A DNA stretch of 64,000 bases from Rhizobium sp. Q54. GTDB lineage: Bacteria; Pseudomonadota; Alphaproteobacteria; SMXQ01. The stretch covers positions 15,585 to 79,584 of the forward strand of contig CAMAVH010000001.1 in NCBI GenBank assembly GCA_945861615.1, in the 5' to 3' direction. The notes under the pieces are model-generated. The model saw only the letters and a list, made by a program, of their open reading frames with translations. It searched no databases and had not been told where the DNA came from. Positions 40,564-50,870 of the stretch are shown here, piece by piece. The position numbers and the translations under genes are program-made. How positions within the stretch are numbered: the first letter of the stretch is position 1; each line of letters begins with the position of its first letter.

Positions 40564-41310
40564 TCAGCGAAAGGCTTCAACAAATCGCGTGCGCGCCGCC
40601 GGAAGATTGAGGTTCTGCGGGGCGAAGACATGGCGCTCCAGGAACCAGCCGGTGAGCGCTAGCCCGTCGCGCACCGCCGCCAGATCGGCCGCCGCGCCAT
40701 AGGCATCGCCGCCCTCTTGCAGGAAGTCGGGCAGGCGCAGCAGTTTGTCGCGCCAGGGCTCGGCCGCCGCCGCCGTCACCGCTCGCCCTGTGTTGGGCGA
40801 GACGAAGGCCAAGCCGTCGGTCTCCCCGGTCACGGCGCAGCAGGTGAGATCGAGGCCGTAGCCCATGTCGCCGAGCAGCGCCAATTCCCAGCGGACATAG
40901 GCCGGGGCCCATTGATCGGCCCCGACCCCCGCCGCCGGCACGCTGAGCAGATCGAGCAAATGCAAACTATCGTCGAACAGCGCCGGATGGGGCTCGCGCT
41001 CCGGCAGGGCGCGTTCGAGCAGGGCGCAAAAGGCGCCGAGCGCGCCGAGGCGCTGCGGATCGTCGAGCAAGGGTCCGGCATAGCCGCGCAACATCTCGCA
41101 GGAAAAGCTGCCGAGATGTTCCGCGAGCCGGCCGCGCCAACTCGCGCGCAGCAGATTGCCGGTTTGATAAAGCCCCCGCGCGCGGGACGAGGCCCCGCCG
41201 CGCACCAGGCCGGCATGGCGGCCATGCTCGCGCGTGAGCAAGCTGAGGATCACGGCGCTTTCGCCATGCTTGCGCGCCGCGATGACGATGCCGTCGTCGG
41301 TCCAATCCAT
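40564..41310 (-). CDS. recO: DNA repair protein RecO
   Basis: 248 aa, GIVIAARKHGESAVILSLLTREHGRHAGLVRGG…, located downstream of era as usual. Confidence 0.9.
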   Translation of the reverse strand: MDWTDDGIVIAARKHGESAVILSLLTREHGRHAGLVRGGASSRARGLYQTGNLLRASWRGRLAEHLGSFSCEMLRGYAGPLLDDPQRLGALGAFCALLERALPEREPHPALFDDSLHLLDLLSVPAAGVGADQWAPAYVRWELALLGDMGYGLDLTCCAVTGETDGLAFVSPNTGRAVTAAAAEPWRDKLLRLPDFLQEGGDAYGAAADLAAVRDGLALTGWFLERHVFAPQNLNLPAARTRFVEAFR

Positions 41311-41340
41311 TTAGGTTGGCCAATCCATAAGGCCGAAAGC

Positions 41341-42264
41341 CTATTCTTCGAAATCAAGCCCGATGGCGCTGTAATGCTCGGGCTTGTCCTGCCAATTTTC
41401 GCGCACTTTGACGTGCAAAAACAGATGCACGGGCCGGCCGAGCTGCGCCCCGAGCGATTTGCGCGCCGCCGTGCCGATGGCCTTGAGGCGCGCCCCGCCC
41501 TTGCCGAGCACCATGGCCTTATGGTTCTCGCGACCGATGATGACGACCTGATCGACCTTCACCGAGCCGTCCTGGCGCTCTTCCCACGTCTCGGTTTCGA
41601 CGGTCAGGGCATAGGGCAATTCCTGGTGCAATTGCAGGAAGGCCTGTTCGCGCGTGATCTCGGCGGCGAGCAGCCGAAGCGGCACGTCGGACAGCTGATC
41701 TTCGGGGTAGAGCCAGGGGCCCGGCGGCAGGGCCTTGGCCAGGCGGGCGCGCAGGTCCGGCACACCGTCGCCGTTGAGCGCCGACAGCATGTAGGTCTCG
41801 CTGAAGCCGTAAATCTTGTTCAGCGCGTCGGTCAGCGTCAGGAGATCGCCGCGCTCCACCGTGTCGAGCTTGTTGAGCACCAGGATCGCCGAGCGGTTGG
41901 CTTTCTTGAGGCCCTCGACGATGCGCGCCGTGTCGGGGTCGAGATGGCCGGCGGCCTTCAGCGCGCGGCCGGCATCGACCAGCACCACCACTTCGTCGGC
42001 ATCGGCAACGCCGGCCCAGGCGGCCGTGACCATGGCGCGGTCGAGCCGGCGCTTCGGCTCGAAGATGCCCGGCGTGTCGACGAAGATGATCTGCGCGTCG
42101 CCCTCGATGGCGATGCCGGTGATGCGCGAGCGGGTCGTCTGCACCTTGGGCGTGACGATCGACAGCTTGGCGCCGACCAGCCGGTTCATCAGCGTCGATT
42201 TGCCGGCGTTGGGCGCGCCCACCAGGGCGACGAAGCCGCAACGCGTATTGGGGTTTTCGGCCAT
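41341..42264 (-). CDS. era: GTPase Era
   Basis: GFVALVGAPNAGKSTLMNRLVG… G1-G4 motifs plus a C-terminal KH domain. Start at the internal ATG 42264; the Arg-rich upstream extension (to 42531) is spurious and overlaps rnc. Confidence 0.95.
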   Translation of the reverse strand: MAENPNTRCGFVALVGAPNAGKSTLMNRLVGAKLSIVTPKVQTTRSRITGIAIEGDAQIIFVDTPGIFEPKRRLDRAMVTAAWAGVADADEVVVLVDAGRALKAAGHLDPDTARIVEGLKKANRSAILVLNKLDTVERGDLLTLTDALNKIYGFSETYMLSALNGDGVPDLRARLAKALPPGPWLYPEDQLSDVPLRLLAAEITREQAFLQLHQELPYALTVETETWEERQDGSVKVDQVVIIGRENHKAMVLGKGGARLKAIGTAARKSLGAQLGRPVHLFLHVKVRENWQDKPEHYSAIGLDFEE

Positions 42265-43109
42265 TAGGTCGCGGCTCCAGTCGGATCGAGGTTGAGCAGC
42301 AGTGCGTCGGCTGCCGCCTGTTCGGCCATGCGCTTCGAGCTGCCCTGGCCGTCGGCTTCGCCGGCGCCTTCGACGACGACGCGCACGGCGAAAATCGGAT
42401 TGTGCGGCGGGCCCTCGCGCGACAGCATCTTGTAGTCGGGCAGCGGCAGGCCGCGGCTCTGCGCCCATTCCTGCAAGCGGGTTTTGCCGTCGCGCTTCGG
42501 GCGCTTGGCCTGAATCAGCATCGGCGTCCAATAGCGACGGATGAATTGTCCGGCCGCATCGAGGCCGCCGTCGAGGAACAGCGCGGCGATCACCGCCTCG
42601 CAGACGTCGGACAGGATGCTTTTGTTGTCGCGCCCGCCCGCCTGATCCTCGCCCGCCGCCATGATGAGATGGGCGCCAAGATCGATCTCGGCGGCGACAT
42701 CCGCCAAGGTCTCGCCCTGCACCAGCGCGTTGAAGCGGCGCGCCAGCGCGCCTTCCGATTCGTTCGGGAAGCGCTCGAGCAGCAGATCGGCGATGACAAG
42801 GCCGAGCACGCGGTCGCCGAGAAACTCCAACCGCTCATAACCGTATTTATAGGGACCGTTGGCGACGACGGCGCTGCGATGGGTCAGCGCTTCGGTGAGC
42901 AGCGCCGGCTTGCCGAAGCGATGCCCGAGCCGTTCGCCGAGCTCGGCGTAGCTCGCCGCCGGGCTTTTGCCCTTGGCGGCCTTGCCGGCGGACACACGCC
43001 CGGCTTTCTCTGCTGGCGGCTTGGAAGAGAGAGCGTCCGCCACCGTCAGCGAATGGCTTGGAACAGGCGGGAGAAGCGGATGGCCGACGGCCATTTCCAG
43101 ATCTGCCAC
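42264..43109 (-). CDS. rnc: Ribonuclease III
   Basis: Signature ERLEFLGDRVLGLVIADLL and a C-terminal dsRBD. The ORF's 5' end overlaps lepB by about 60 nt, so the true start is probably a downstream non-ATG codon. Confidence 0.9.
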   Translation of the reverse strand: MADLEMAVGHPLLPPVPSHSLTVADALSSKPPAEKAGRVSAGKAAKGKSPAASYAELGERLGHRFGKPALLTEALTHRSAVVANGPYKYGYERLEFLGDRVLGLVIADLLLERFPNESEGALARRFNALVQGETLADVAAEIDLGAHLIMAAGEDQAGGRDNKSILSDVCEAVIAALFLDGGLDAAGQFIRRYWTPMLIQAKRPKRDGKTRLQEWAQSRGLPLPDYKMLSREGPPHNPIFAVRVVVEGAGEADGQGSSKRMAEQAAADALLLNLDPTGAAT

Positions 43110-43822
43110 AGGGATGCGGAACCATCTGACGAGAAGAACAGGAATTCGGCGCGGCCGACCAGATTCTCCGCCGGCACGAAGCCGACTTCGAAGCGCGCAC
43201 GGCTGTCCATCGAATTGTCGCGGTTGTCGCCCATCATGAAATAATGGCCGGCGGGCACGATATATTCGCCGGTGTTGTCGAAGATGCCGGCGTCGGTGAT
43301 TTCGAGAATCGGATGGACGCGCCCTTCCGGCAGCGTCTCGTTGAACAGCGTGCGGTAGGCGACGTTGCCGTTGGCATCGGTTTCCGTGTAGTTGCCGACG
43401 CGCTCGCGCTTCACCGCGACGCCGTTGATATGCAGGATGCCCTCGGTGACCTGGATGCGGTCGCCCGGCAGGCCGATGATGCGCTTGATGTAATCGGTCT
43501 TGTTGTCGCGCGGCAGCTTGAACACGGCGACGTCGCCGCGCTTGGGCTCCTTGAACAGGATGCGGCCCGAGAAAATATCGAGCGCCAACGGCAAGGAGTA
43601 GTGGCTGTAGCCGTAGGAATATTTCGAGACGAAGAGGTAGTCGCCGATCAGCAGCGTCGGCACCATCGAGGCCGAAGGGATGTTGAAGGGCTCGTAGGCC
43701 ACCGTGCGGATCGTCATGGCGATGACGATGGCGTAGAGCACGGTGCGAATGGTTTCGCCCCAGCCGCCGGTTTGCGCTTTTTTCATCGAGGACAGCCGAT
43801 TGGACTCGTGCACAAGAACCAC
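43046..43822 (-). CDS. lepB: Signal peptidase I
   Basis: …YEPFNIPSASMVPTLLIGDYLFVSKYSYG… with the catalytic S/K boxes and the GDNRDNSMDSR box. Confidence 0.9.
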   Translation of the reverse strand: MVLVHESNRLSSMKKAQTGGWGETIRTVLYAIVIAMTIRTVAYEPFNIPSASMVPTLLIGDYLFVSKYSYGYSHYSLPLALDIFSGRILFKEPKRGDVAVFKLPRDNKTDYIKRIIGLPGDRIQVTEGILHINGVAVKRERVGNYTETDANGNVAYRTLFNETLPEGRVHPILEITDAGIFDNTGEYIVPAGHYFMMGDNRDNSMDSRARFEVGFVPAENLVGRAEFLFFSSDGSASLWQIWKWPSAIRFSRLFQAIR

Positions 43823-43943
43823 CGCACGTTAGGGATGCAAGCGCGCGCGGTCACGGCGCGCACCCCAGAAAAGGCCGGAACTCGGCCAAAAGCCGCGTGA
43901 TCAAGCCAGCCGAGGCCCGGCCTGTCAAGCTGTACCGAGCCGC

Positions 43944-44405
43944 TCATGGGGCCGCCCCATCGTTCGGGCGGGCGCTATCGCCCGCTTGCGGGCTAGCGCT
44001 GTCGCCCGCTTGCGGGCGCGCACTGATGATCACGATGGCCTGCGCCATCGGCGGCTCGTCGGTCATGCTCAATTCGATCTCGGCCACCATGCCGGGGGGC
44101 GTCAGCTCGGCCAAGCGGCTCGCCGCCCCGCCCGTCAGCTTCAGCGTCGGCTTGCCCGACGGCAGGTTGACCACGCCCATGTCGCGCCAGAACACGCCCT
44201 TGCGAAAGCCGGTGCCGAGCGCCTTCGAGCAGGCCTCCTTGGCGGCGTAGCGCTTGGCGTAGCTCGCGGCGCGCTGAAGGCGGCCTTCGGATTTCTTGCG
44301 TTCCAGCTCGGTAAAGATGCGCTCGAGGAAGCGCTCGCCGTAGCGCTCGAGCGTCTTCTCGATGCGGCGGATGTCGATCAGGTCGCTGCCCATGCCCAAA
44401 ATCAT
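43944..44405 (-). CDS. acpS: Holo-[acyl-carrier-protein] synthase
   Basis: [35 protein letters not shown]…FAAKEA…KALGTG. The start ATG at 44405 overlaps the pdxJ stop. The C-terminus carries an unusual repetitive tail (PQAGDSA x2). Confidence 0.9.
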   Translation of the reverse strand: MILGMGSDLIDIRRIEKTLERYGERFLERIFTELERKKSEGRLQRAASYAKRYAAKEACSKALGTGFRKGVFWRDMGVVNLPSGKPTLKLTGGAASRLAELTPPGMVAEIELSMTDEPPMAQAIVIISARPQAGDSASPQAGDSARPNDGAAP

Positions 44406-45157
44406 GCGCTCACCGATTGGGTGGCGCGCGCTGCGTCCATCAAGCCGCGCATCTTGGTAATAGCCGCTTCGAAACCGATGAAGATCGCCTCGCCGACGAG
44501 GAAATGGCCGATGTTCAATTCCATGATCGTCGGGATCGCCGCGACGGGGCCAACGCTGTCGAAGCTGAGGCCGTGGCCCGCATGGCATTCGAGGCCGATG
44601 CGCGCGGCATGGGCTGCCGCCGCCTCGATGCGCGCCAGCTCGCGGCGCATGCCCTCGCCCGCCGGATCATCGCCGAAGGCTTCGCAATAGGCGCCGGTGT
44701 GCAGTTCGACGACCGGCGCGCCGAGCGCCTTGGCGGCATCCAGCGCCGCCGGATCGGGCTCGATGAACAGCGAGACGCGGATGCCCGCCTTGTTCAATTC
44801 GCCGACGTAGCGCGCGAGGCGCTCCTGGCGCACGTCGAGGCCGCCCTCGGTGGTGCGCTCCTCGCGCTTCTCCGGCACGATACAGGCGGCGTGCGGCTTG
44901 TGGCGCAGCGCGATGGCGAGCATCTCGTCGGTCGCCGCCATCTCCAGATTCAGCGGCAGATGGATGTCGCGCACCAAAGCGACGATGTCGGCATCCGAGA
45001 TATGGCGGCGGTCTTCGCGCAAATGCGCGGTGATGCCGTCGGCGCCGGCGGCGGCGGCCAGATGCGCGGCGCGCACCGGGTCGGGATGCGGTCCGCCGCG
45101 CGCGTTGCGGATGGTGGCGACATGGTCGATGTTGACGCCGAGGCGGAGCTTGGCCAT
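44402..45157 (-). CDS. pdxJ: Pyridoxine 5'-phosphate synthase
   Basis: [28 protein letters not shown]… Start at the internal ATG 45157; the ORF-track extension is spurious. Confidence 0.95.
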   Translation of the reverse strand: MAKLRLGVNIDHVATIRNARGGPHPDPVRAAHLAAAAGADGITAHLREDRRHISDADIVALVRDIHLPLNLEMAATDEMLAIALRHKPHAACIVPEKREERTTEGGLDVRQERLARYVGELNKAGIRVSLFIEPDPAALDAAKALGAPVVELHTGAYCEAFGDDPAGEGMRRELARIEAAAAHAARIGLECHAGHGLSFDSVGPVAAIPTIMELNIGHFLVGEAIFIGFEAAITKMRGLMDAARATQSVSA

Positions 45158-45162
45158 TGCGA

Positions 45163-47343
45163 TCAACCGCGCGCCCGCTCGACCGAATTGATCGCCGGGG
45201 TCGCGCGCAACGCCGCTATGATGTTGGTGAGATGCTTGAGGTCGTCGACTTCGACGTCGATGATCATCTCGAAAAAGTCCGTCGAGCGGTGCGTGATCTT
45301 CAGATTGAGGATATTGCCGAGATTCTTGGCGATCACGGTGGACAGGCTGGAGAGCGCGCCGGGCTCGTTGATGACCACCAGCTTGATGCGCCCAACGTGG
45401 TGGTCGTTGCCGATCTCCGCCGGATTCCACGCCACGTCGAGCCAGCGCTCGGGCATTTCCGCGAAGCTTTCCAGCGTCGGGCAATCGATAGTGTGGATGG
45501 TGACGCCCTTGCCTTGCGTCACGATGCCGACGACGCGGTCGCCCGGCAACGGATGGCAGCAGCCGGCATAATGCACCGCCATGCCGGGAATGAGGCCCTG
45601 CAGCGGCACGGCATAGCCCTTGGTCTTGCCGTCCTTGGGGGTCTTCTTGCCGCGGCGCGGTGCCAGCGGCACGACATTGTCGCCGGCCGGCGGCAGCACC
45701 GCCTTGCCCTTGTCCTTGATGCCGGGAAACACCGAGCGCACCACTTCGCGGCCGCTATGGTTGCCGGCGCCGACCGCGGCGATGAGATCCTCCGGCGCGT
45801 CGGCCTTGAAGATCTTGAGCACGCCCTTCAGCGCCTTGTCGGAATATTCGTAGCCTTCCTGGTCGAAGGCTTTTTCCAGGATGGCGCGGCCGAGATAGAT
45901 ATATTCCTGACGCTCGCGGTTGCGCACGAAGCGGCGCACATGCGAGCGCGCCTTGCCGGTGACGACGAAGCTCTCCCAGGTCGGCGACGGCGATTGCGCG
46001 CGCGAGGTGATGATCTCCACCTGGTCGCCATTGGCGAGTTCAGTCTTGAGCGGCACGATGCGGCCATTCACCTTGGCGCCGACCGTGTGGTCACCGACTT
46101 CCGAATGCACGGCATAGGCGAAGTCCACCGGCGTCGCGCCGCGCGGCAGGGCGATCAGATCGCCTTTCGGCGTGAAGCAGAACACCTGGTCCTGGAACAT
46201 CTCGAGCTTGGTATGTTCGAGGAATTCCTCGGGATTCGACGCCTGGTCGAGAATGTCGAGTAGCTCGCGCAGCCAGCGGTACTTCTTGCCTTCGGTGCTC
46301 TCGCCCTCGCCCTGCTTATATTGCCAGTGGGCGGCGACGCCGCGCTCGGCGATGTCATGCATCTCGCGCGTGCGAATCTGGATCTCGATGCGCTGGCGCA
46401 GCGGCCCGATGACGCCGGTATGCAGCGAGCGGTAGCCGTTCGGCTTGGGCGTCGAGATGTAATCCTTGAAGCGGCCGGGCACGACGGGATATTTGCCGTG
46501 CAACATGCCGAGCGCCGCATAACAGGCGCCGATGTCGTCGACGACGACGCGGAAGGCCATGATGTCGGAGAGCTGCTCGAAGGTGACGTTCTTGCGCTGC
46601 ATCTTCTCCCAGATCGAATAGGGCGACTTCTCGCGCCCCTCGACCTCTGCGGTGATGCCGCCCTTCTCGATGGTCGCCTTCAACTCGGCGACGATCTGAT
46701 CGACCATGGCGCTGCCCTGGTCGCGCAGATAGCCGAGGCGCGCCATGATCGAGGCGCGCGCTTCCGGCTGCAATTCCTTGAAGGCGAGATCTTCCAGCTC
46801 GTCCTTGAACTCGCGCATGCCGATGCGCTCGGCGAGCGGCGCGTAGATCTCCATCGTCTCGCGGGCGATCGAGCGGCGCTTGTCGGGGTTCTTGATGTAA
46901 TGCAGGGTGCGCATGTTGTGCAGGCGGTCGGCCAGCTTGACCAGCAGCACGCGGATATCTTCCGACATGGCGAGCAGGAACTTGCGAAAGTTCTCGGCCT
47001 GCTTGGTCTGGTCGGACTGCAGTTCGATGCGCGACAGCTTGGTCACGCCGTCGACCAGCTTGGCGATCTCCTTGCCGAAGACGCGCTCGATCTCCTCGTT
47101 CGTCGCCAGCGTGTCTTCCACCGTGTCGTGCAGCAGCGCGGTGATGATGGTCGCCGAATCCAGCTTCATGCCGGTGAGAATGCCGGCGACTTCGAGCGGA
47201 TGGGAGAAATAGGGATCGCCGGATGCGCGCGTCTGCGTGCCGTGCGCCTTCATCGAGAAGACGTAGGCCTTGTTGAGCGCGTCCTCGTCGGCGGCCGGAT
47301 CGTAGGCCCGCACGCGCTCGACGAGTTCGAATTGGCGGATCAT
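45163..47343 (-). CDS. spoT: Bifunctional (p)ppGpp synthetase/hydrolase (Rsh/SpoT)
   Basis: 726 aa with an HD domain (…HPLEVAGIL…HDTVEDT), a synthetase domain, and TGS and ACT domains. Confidence 0.95.
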   Translation of the reverse strand: MIRQFELVERVRAYDPAADEDALNKAYVFSMKAHGTQTRASGDPYFSHPLEVAGILTGMKLDSATIITALLHDTVEDTLATNEEIERVFGKEIAKLVDGVTKLSRIELQSDQTKQAENFRKFLLAMSEDIRVLLVKLADRLHNMRTLHYIKNPDKRRSIARETMEIYAPLAERIGMREFKDELEDLAFKELQPEARASIMARLGYLRDQGSAMVDQIVAELKATIEKGGITAEVEGREKSPYSIWEKMQRKNVTFEQLSDIMAFRVVVDDIGACYAALGMLHGKYPVVPGRFKDYISTPKPNGYRSLHTGVIGPLRQRIEIQIRTREMHDIAERGVAAHWQYKQGEGESTEGKKYRWLRELLDILDQASNPEEFLEHTKLEMFQDQVFCFTPKGDLIALPRGATPVDFAYAVHSEVGDHTVGAKVNGRIVPLKTELANGDQVEIITSRAQSPSPTWESFVVTGKARSHVRRFVRNRERQEYIYLGRAILEKAFDQEGYEYSDKALKGVLKIFKADAPEDLIAAVGAGNHSGREVVRSVFPGIKDKGKAVLPPAGDNVVPLAPRRGKKTPKDGKTKGYAVPLQGLIPGMAVHYAGCCHPLPGDRVVGIVTQGKGVTIHTIDCPTLESFAEMPERWLDVAWNPAEIGNDHHVGRIKLVVINEPGALSSLSTVIAKNLGNILNLKITHRSTDFFEMIIDVEVDDLKHLTNIIAALRATPAINSVERARG

Positions 47344-47462
47344 TCGGGCAACGCCGCGAAGCGGCGCGAACTAAAAACGACGGTTACGTGAAGGCAGTCA
47401 GAAAGAAGCAGCCGAAGGACGGCAGCGCGGTTCGCAACGATGATGCCCGCGCTGCCCGTCAT

Positions 47463-47936
47463 TCACACCTCTTCGTCGGCGCTCTCCGCCGCGGCATCGT
47501 CGCCGGCCGGCCCGACGGCCTCATCGGCTTCGACAGCGTCGTCATCGGCATCCATGCCGCCATCGGCGCCAAGCGCCTCGTTGCCGACCGCGAGCACTTC
47601 GTCGGCGATCTCTTCCTCGACGAGGCTGCGGCGGCTCGGCGATTCGACGCCGATCAGATCGTCGCCGGCGGCGAGCAGATCGAGATTGTCCTCTTCCGGC
47701 TCGTCCTTCTCGACGTGCTTCTGCAGGTTCTGGATCAGGTTGGCGTTCAGCACGTCGACCTTCACGCCGTCCTCGGCGATCTCGCGCAGCGAGACGACGG
47801 GGTTCTTGTCGTTGTCGCGGTCAAGCGTCAGCGGCGAACCGGCGGAAATCTCGCGCGCGCGCTGAGCGGCCAACAGGACGAGTTCGAAGCGATTGGGAAC
47901 CTTGAGGACGCAGTCCTCGACAGTGATGCGGGCCAT
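47463..47936 (-). CDS. rpoZ: DNA-directed RNA polymerase subunit omega (with the long acidic C-terminal tail typical of alphaproteobacteria)
   Basis: [30 protein letters not shown]…. Confidence 0.9.
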   Translation of the reverse strand: MARITVEDCVLKVPNRFELVLLAAQRAREISAGSPLTLDRDNDKNPVVSLREIAEDGVKVDVLNANLIQNLQKHVEKDEPEEDNLDLLAAGDDLIGVESPSRRSLVEEEIADEVLAVGNEALGADGGMDADDDAVEADEAVGPAGDDAAAESADEEV

Positions 47937-48074
47937 TGAAAATCGGTCTCCAAACCTTTGGAAGAATTACCGGATATATAGGTGGCGCGCCCCCGGAAGG
48001 CAAGCCGCAAGGCAAGGCGGGCCGCGCCTTTGCGGCATCTGGGCCACGCCTGTGGCCGGTCCGTCACGGGCCGG

Positions 48075-48569
48075 TCAGGAGGCGAGCGGCCGGGCCTCCT
48101 GGGCCGGATCGAGGGCGGCGAGCAGCGCGCCGATCGCCTGCCCGGTCGCCGGATGGCGCCAATCGGGCGCCAGTTCCGCCAGGGGCCGCAGCACGAAGGC
48201 CCGCCCGGCGAGGCGCGGATGGGGCAAAAGCGGCGCCTCGGGGCCGGGATTCACCATGTCATGATAGGCCAGCAGGTCGAGATCGAGGGTCCGCGCGCCG
48301 TTGACCGCCGTCCGCTCGCGGCCGTAATCGGCCTCGATCTTGTGCAGCAGGGCGAGCAGATCGGTCGGCGGCAGGCGGGTCTCGACGCCGGCCACGGCAT
48401 TGACGAACCAGGGCTGATCGGACAAAGGCACCGGCGCGGTCTCGAACCAGGCCGAGCGGCCGAGCACCTTCACCCCCGCCCTCTCCAGATCGGCCAGGGC
48501 GGCAGCCAGGGTGTCGCGCGGCGAACCGGCGCGAGACGGCAAATTGGCCCCAAGACCTATGAAAATCAT
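48075..48569 (-). CDS. folK: 2-amino-4-hydroxy-6-hydroxymethyldihydropteridine diphosphokinase
   Basis: MIFIGLGANL…WFETAPV…RTLDLDLL is the HPPK signature. Confidence 0.9.
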   Translation of the reverse strand: MIFIGLGANLPSRAGSPRDTLAAALADLERAGVKVLGRSAWFETAPVPLSDQPWFVNAVAGVETRLPPTDLLALLHKIEADYGRERTAVNGARTLDLDLLAYHDMVNPGPEAPLLPHPRLAGRAFVLRPLAELAPDWRHPATGQAIGALLAALDPAQEARPLAS

Positions 48570-48736
48570 GCAGTTACCCTGTTGGTGGGTTGTTCGGCGG
48601 CGGGATCATTGCTAGACAAGATGGCGAAGGTCAACGCCGCCCCCGTCATTTCACGGATTTATGGCCGCGTCTGTCGCATTTTCGGCTCACCTCCGCACCT
48701 TCCTCCGGCGGCGCCTATTGTTTGGGGAATTTCGCC

Positions 48737-49369
48737 ATGATGCATTTCTACGCCCAGGACCGGATGGCCATGTTCATCGATGGGTCCAACCTCTACTCCG
48801 CCGCCCGCGCCCTCGGCTTCGACATCGATTACAAAAAGCTGCTCGGCGTCTTCGCCGGCAAGGGCCGCCTGATCCGCGCCTTCTACTACACGGCGCTGAC
48901 CGACGATCAGGAATACTCGCCGATCCGCCCGCTGGTCGATTGGCTCGATTATAACGGCTACACCATGGTCACCAAGCCGGCCAAGGAATACACCGACGCC
49001 ACCGGCCGCCGGAAGATCAAGGGCAACATGGACATCGAGCTCGCCATCGACGTGATGGAGATGGCCGAGCGGCTCGACCATATCGTGCTGTTCTCCGGCG
49101 ACGGCGATTTCCGCCGCCTGGTCGAAGCCGTGCAGCGCCGCGGCGTGCGCGTCAGCGTCGTCTCGACGATCAAGTCGTCGCCGCCGATGGTGGCGGACGA
49201 ACTGCGCCGCCAGGCCGACAATTTCATCGAGTTGCAGGATCTCGCGCCGCAGATCGCCCGCGTCCATTCGGGCGGCCAGCAAGCCAACGGGACCCAGGCG
49301 ACGCCGGCGCGGCCCCATCCGCGCGATGCCGAGGAAGAAGCCCCTTACTACTCGACCGAGCAGCGCTGA
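48737..49369 (+). CDS. NYN-domain (LabA-like) protein
   Basis: MAMFIDGSNLYSAARALGFDIDYKKL…IVLFSGDGDFRRLVEAVQRRGVRVSVVS… shows the NYN/LabA PIN-like fold residues. Start at the internal ATG 48737. Confidence 0.8.
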   Translation: MMHFYAQDRMAMFIDGSNLYSAARALGFDIDYKKLLGVFAGKGRLIRAFYYTALTDDQEYSPIRPLVDWLDYNGYTMVTKPAKEYTDATGRRKIKGNMDIELAIDVMEMAERLDHIVLFSGDGDFRRLVEAVQRRGVRVSVVSTIKSSPPMVADELRRQADNFIELQDLAPQIARVHSGGQQANGTQATPARPHPRDAEEEAPYYSTEQR

Positions 49370-49377
49370 GCTCAGTC

Positions 49378-50022
49378 ATGCCGTCCATCGCCGATTCCCA
49401 GCCGGGCCGCGACTGCCCGCTCTGCCCGCGCCTGCACGCCTTCGTGCAGGGCCAGCGCCAGGAGCATCCCGACTGGCATAACGGCCCGGTGCCCTCCTTC
49501 GGCCCGGCCTCGGCCCGCCTGCTGATCGTCGGCCTGGCGCCCGGCCTACGCGGGGCGAACCGCACGGGCCGGCCCTTCACCGGCGATTACGCCGGCAAGC
49601 TGCTCTACCCGACGCTGATCAAGTTCGGCCTCGCCCAGGGCGAATTCCTCGAGCGGCCCGACGACGGCCTGACGCTGGTGGACACGCGCATCACCAACGG
49701 CGTGCGCTGCGTGCCGCCGCAGAACAAGCCCGAGACGGCCGAGATCAAGACCTGCAACAGCTTCCTCGCCGCCGAGATGGCCGCCATGCCGAAGCTGAAA
49801 GCGATCCTGGCGCTCGGCGGCATCGCTCATCAGGCCGTGCTCGCCGCCTTCGGCCTCAAGCGCGCGCCTTACGCCTTCGGCCATGCCGCGATACACGACC
49901 TGCCGAACGGCATGACGCTGACCAACAGCTATCACTGCTCGCGGCTGAACACGAACACCGGACGGCTGACGACGGCGATGTTCGAAGATGTGGTGAAGGC
50001 GATTAAGGGACGGCTGGATTAA
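49378..50022 (+). CDS. Uracil-DNA glycosylase, family 4/5 type
   Basis: CPLCPRL… with a 4Fe-4S Cys cluster, …LLIVGLAPGLRGANRTGRPFTGDYAG…HCSRLN…. Confidence 0.85.
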   Translation: MPSIADSQPGRDCPLCPRLHAFVQGQRQEHPDWHNGPVPSFGPASARLLIVGLAPGLRGANRTGRPFTGDYAGKLLYPTLIKFGLAQGEFLERPDDGLTLVDTRITNGVRCVPPQNKPETAEIKTCNSFLAAEMAAMPKLKAILALGGIAHQAVLAAFGLKRAPYAFGHAAIHDLPNGMTLTNSYHCSRLNTNTGRLTTAMFEDVVKAIKGRLD

Positions 50023-50035
50023 TTCGAATACAGAT

Positions 50036-50713
50036 TTACCCGTACCGCTGTTCCGTCCACGGATCGCCAACGTTGTGGTAGCCGCGCACTTCCCAATAGC
50101 CCGGTTTGTCGCCTTCTAGGAAGACGATGCGGCGCACCCATTTGGCGCTTTTCCATAAATATAATTTTGGCAGGATGATGCGCACCGGGCCGCCATGTTC
50201 TGTGGTGATCGGCTGGCCCTGCCAGCTATGGGCGATCAGCACATCGTCGTCATCGAAGGACGCGAGCGGCACGTTGGTGGTGTAGCCGTCATGGCTCTCG
50301 AAGACGACATGGGTCGCGGTCGGCTTCGGCTTGACCAGCGCCAGCAGATGCTTGGCCGACACGCCGGTCCAGGTGTTGTCGTAGAGCGACCAGGTGGTGA
50401 CGCAATGGATGTCGGAGACGTCCTCGATCTGCGGCTGGGCCATGAAGTCGGCCCAGTGCCAGACGAGCGGCGCCTCGACCGCGCCCTCGACCTCGAGCTT
50501 CCATTTGTCCTGCGGGATGTTGGGCTGCAGGCCGAGATCGAGCACCGGCCATTTCTCGACCAGGCGCTGGCCCGGCGGCAGGCGCTCTTTATGGCCCGCG
50601 TCAGTCCTGCCGGTGAGATGCTTGCCGGCGGCGGCTTCCGCCTGCTTCTTGCCGATCAGCTTGTCCTTGATCTTGCCGAAGATGCTGATGCCGTCGCCGC
50701 TGTCGTCCGCCAT
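50036..50713 (-). CDS. Sulfite-oxidase-like molybdopterin oxidoreductase domain protein
   Basis: …DIHCVTTWSLYDNTWTGV…ESHDGYTTNVPL…HGGPVRIILPKLYLWKSAKWVRRI matches the Oxidored_molyb domain pattern. Confidence 0.8.
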   Translation of the reverse strand: MADDSGDGISIFGKIKDKLIGKKQAEAAAGKHLTGRTDAGHKERLPPGQRLVEKWPVLDLGLQPNIPQDKWKLEVEGAVEAPLVWHWADFMAQPQIEDVSDIHCVTTWSLYDNTWTGVSAKHLLALVKPKPTATHVVFESHDGYTTNVPLASFDDDDVLIAHSWQGQPITTEHGGPVRIILPKLYLWKSAKWVRRIVFLEGDKPGYWEVRGYHNVGDPWTEQRYG

Positions 50714-50870
50714 GGGCCCCTCCCCGCGTGAGGAGGAAAGTTTAGGACGGGCGAGCGGGTTCGTCCAATGGCGGGATAAGCGCCCAGAATCACCAAAACG
50801 TCATGCTCGGGCTTGACCCGAGCATCCATGTTTCAGACGCCTGAGCGCCGGAGGAATGGACCCTCGGGTC

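Noticed and set aside
41341-42531. 396-aa era ORF with an N-terminal poly-Arg extension.
   Set aside because: The extension (RRRRRRRRSRR…) overlaps the rnc coding region in another frame. The conserved Era N-terminus starts at the internal ATG 42264.
43944-45484. Long N-terminal extensions on acpS (214 aa) and pdxJ (360 aa).
   Set aside because: Both extensions are Arg/Pro-rich junk overlapping the upstream gene. Canonical starts ([11 protein letters not shown]; [12 protein letters not shown]) are internal.
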